In this document: piece by piece, positions 61,150 through 64,000 of the stretch | How positions within the stretch are numbered: the first letter of the stretch is position 1 | Layout: each line of letters opens with the position of its first letter | Assembly (NCBI RefSeq): GCF_964213995.1 | Contig: NC_135808.1 | Location: 22,878,001 to 22,942,000 of the forward strand | DNA length: 64,000 bases | Direction: 5' to 3' | Source of the DNA: Mustelus asterias | Lineage: Eukaryota | Translations under genes and position numbers: made by a program | The notes under the pieces: model-generated | Told to the model about the DNA's origin: nothing | The model's input: only the letters and a program-made list of their open reading frames with translations | Databases searched by the model: none

Positions 61150-64000
61150 ACAGTTCCGTTCACAGAGAGTCACATATGCAGTGTTTAAATCAGTCAGTCG
61201 CTGTCATTTCAATTAAATCTTCCCAGATTCTCTCATCCACTCTGCCGCTGATCTCGGGACTGGTGTCCCTGGATTACAAACCGGACACTGAGGATGAGAA
61301 AGAAATACATCGCTATAGAGTGAGGCAATCCCAGCAGAAGTGGAACACCCCCAACAAAACCCCTCAGATCCACCCAACTCCCACATATACCAGAAGCAAA
61401 ATCCATCAGAACCCTAACACCTAATACTGCAGAAACCTGGAATCGTACAGAGAGTGTAGGGGTGAAATTAAAAGGGAAACCAGGAAAGTAAAGTGAGAGG
61501 ATGAAAAATGCTGCCAAGAAAATATCAAGAAACCTCCAAGGATGTTCTCTAAGTACATGAAGAGAAAAGGAGAAGGAAAGGGTAGAGTCTGTTGGAGACC
61601 AATAAGATTGTCCGTGTGAGAGGGTGGAGAATGTGGTGAGATTGTGAATAAATACATTGCCACTGTCTTTGGGAAACAGGGAGCAATGCTGACATTGCAC
61701 TTAAAGAAGAAGAGTGTGAATTACTGCATCAGATAAACATTGTAACAGAGGATGGATTAACAGATTTTAGAGTTTTGAAAGTCGATAAATCTCCTGGTTA
61801 AAAGAAGCAAGGGAGGACATTCAAGAGGCTCTGATCATCAGAATCATCCCTCCCGGGCTACAGGAGTGTGGAAGGAGATTAAAGGACTACCAACATTACA
61901 CCATGGATTGAAAAGGGAAGAAAAGGTAACCTGAATAATTATACACCAGTTAGTGTAACTTCGGTGGTGGGAAAATTATTGGAATCAATTTTGAGGAACG
62001 GTGCACACCTTCATTTAGACTAAACTGAATTAAAATTTGGAAGAGGTAAGAAGGAGGGTTGATGAGGGCAGTGGGGTGGACGTGGTCAAGAGAGATTTTA
62101 ATAATGCTTTCGACAAGGTCCCACATGGCGAGCTGGTCAGAAATGTAAAAATCATTGAGATCCAACACACATTGGCAAATCAGACCCCAAATAGCTCAGT
62201 GGCAGGAAGCAAAGGGTTAAGGGGTTTTCGTGACTGCAAGGCTGTTACCAGTGGGGGTTTCAAAGGACCCAGCTCTCACGCCTTTGCTTTTTGTAGTTTA
62301 TATTAATGAATTAGATTCAAATGTAGGGGGAATGATAAAGAAGTTTAGAGATGTACAAATATTGTCCGTGTGGGTGACAGTGAGGAGGAAAACTTCAGAC
62401 TGCAGGAAGATAGAGATGGTCTGGGCAGTTGGGAGAATAGTGGAAAATGGAATTCAATCCGGAGCAGTGAGAGGTGATGGATTTTGGGAGGATTAACAAG
62501 GCAACGGGATTCCCCGATAAATGGGAGGATAATGAGTAATGTGGAGGAACAGAAGGACCCAGGAGTGTATGTCCCCAGATTGGGAAAGGTATCAGGTCAG
62601 GACAGGTTAATAACATGTTTAGGAAGATATATAACATGTTCTCCTTTATTAGCCAAGACACAGAACAGAGTGGTTTTGCGAGAACTGTAAACAACATCAG
62701 ACAGACGAGAGCTGAAGCATTGCAAACAGTCTGGTCAGCACATTACACAAAAGATGTGATTGTATTGGAGAGAATGTAGAGGAGATTGTTTAATGTGGAC
62801 AGGACTGGAGAATGTTCACTGTGAGGAAAGAGCGGATAGGCTGGAATAGGATTCTGTCGAACAGAGGAGGCCGAGGGGAGATTTAATTGAGGTGGATATA
62901 ATTATGAGGAGCCATGGTAAATAGAGATAACACATTTACCCAAGCAGAAGGATCAAAAACCAAGGGGCACAGGTTTAAAGTAATTGGTAGAACGGTCAGG
63001 GTGGAAATGAGGAAAGGGATTTTCACCCAGAGGGTGGGAGGGACCCGGGACTCACTGTCTGAAAGGATGGTAGAGGCAGAAACTCTCACCACATTGAGTC
63101 AATTCTTGGATGTCGAGTTGAAGAGCTGTGATCTACAGAGCTGCAGACCGAGTACAGGAAGGTGAGATTAGGCTGGAGAGCTCTTCATTAACAGGAAGGG
63201 ATATGATGGGCTGAATGGCCTCACTCTCGATCATAAATTTTCTGCCATTCAACATTCCATCCACACAACACCAGTTAAACCCATCAGAGCCCCAAACACA
63301 GCTAAACCCATCAGACCCCCAAACACCAGCTAAACCCATCAGACCCCCAAACACCACCAAAAACCATCAGAGCCCCAAACACCAGCTAAACCCATCAGCG
63401 CTCCAAACACCAGCTAAACTCATCAGACCCCCAAACACCAGCAAAACCCATCAGACCCCCAAACACAAGCTAAACCCATCAGACCCCCAAACACCATCAA
63501 AACCCATCAGACCCCCAAACGCCAGCTAAACCCATCAGAGCCCCAGACACCAGCTAAACCCATCAGAGCCCCAAACAACACCAAAAGCCATCAGAGCCCC
63601 AAACACCAGCTAAACCCATCAGGCCCCCAAACACCAGCTAAACCCATCAGCGCTCCAAACACCAGCTAAAGTCATCAGACCCCCAAACACCAGCAAAACC
63701 GATCAGACCCCCAAACACTAGCGAAACCCATCAGACCCCCAAACAGCAGCAAAACCCATCAGGCCCCCAAACACCAGCTAAACCCATCAGCGTTCCAAAC
63801 ACCAGCTAAACCCATCAGTCCCCCAAACACCAGCTAAACCCATCAGACCCCCAAACACCAGCAAAACCCATCAGACCCCCAAACACCAGCTAAACCCATC
63901 AGAGCCCCAAACACCAGCTAAACCCATCAGACCCCCAAACACCAGCTAAACCCTAAACACCAGCTAAACCCATCAGAGCCCCAAACACCAGCTAAACCGC
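61150..64000. repeat. Downstream flank of a further class I unit (old CR1 plus 29-bp minisatellite running off the window)
   Basis: Collinear with about 14700-16600. 62900-63270 matches 36070-36420. Confidence 0.85.

Overview
Cartilaginous-fish (shark-like) genomic DNA, inferred from HE1-type tRNA SINEs, CR1 LINEs with (TTCTATG)n tails and a shark-type class I leader. The window holds part of a tandem array of non-classical MHC class I heavy-chain genes on the minus strand. Gene A (CDS 25272-17026, 7 coding exons, 343 aa) is intact but has a mutated promoter Y box. Gene B (47579-39191) has an intact SXY-like promoter but a TAC>TAA nonsense codon in alpha3. The two lie in a duplicated unit of about 22 kb. 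Homologous flanks at about 5.4-8.9 kb and 61-64 kb imply further units beyond both window edges. Both genes lack several peptide-anchoring residues and share two extra alpha2 cysteines. Their introns carry tandem arrays built from their own splice donors and a dense CCAAT cluster. The left end holds a full-length, frameshifted Ty3/Gypsy element (127-5215) whose PBS position is complementary to its own LTR poly(A) signal. The remainder is CR1/LINE, SINE, Penelope (with hammerhead motifs), Copia and solo-LTR debris plus minisatellites. Exon coordinates were read by hand from splice sites, and repeat boundaries are approximate.
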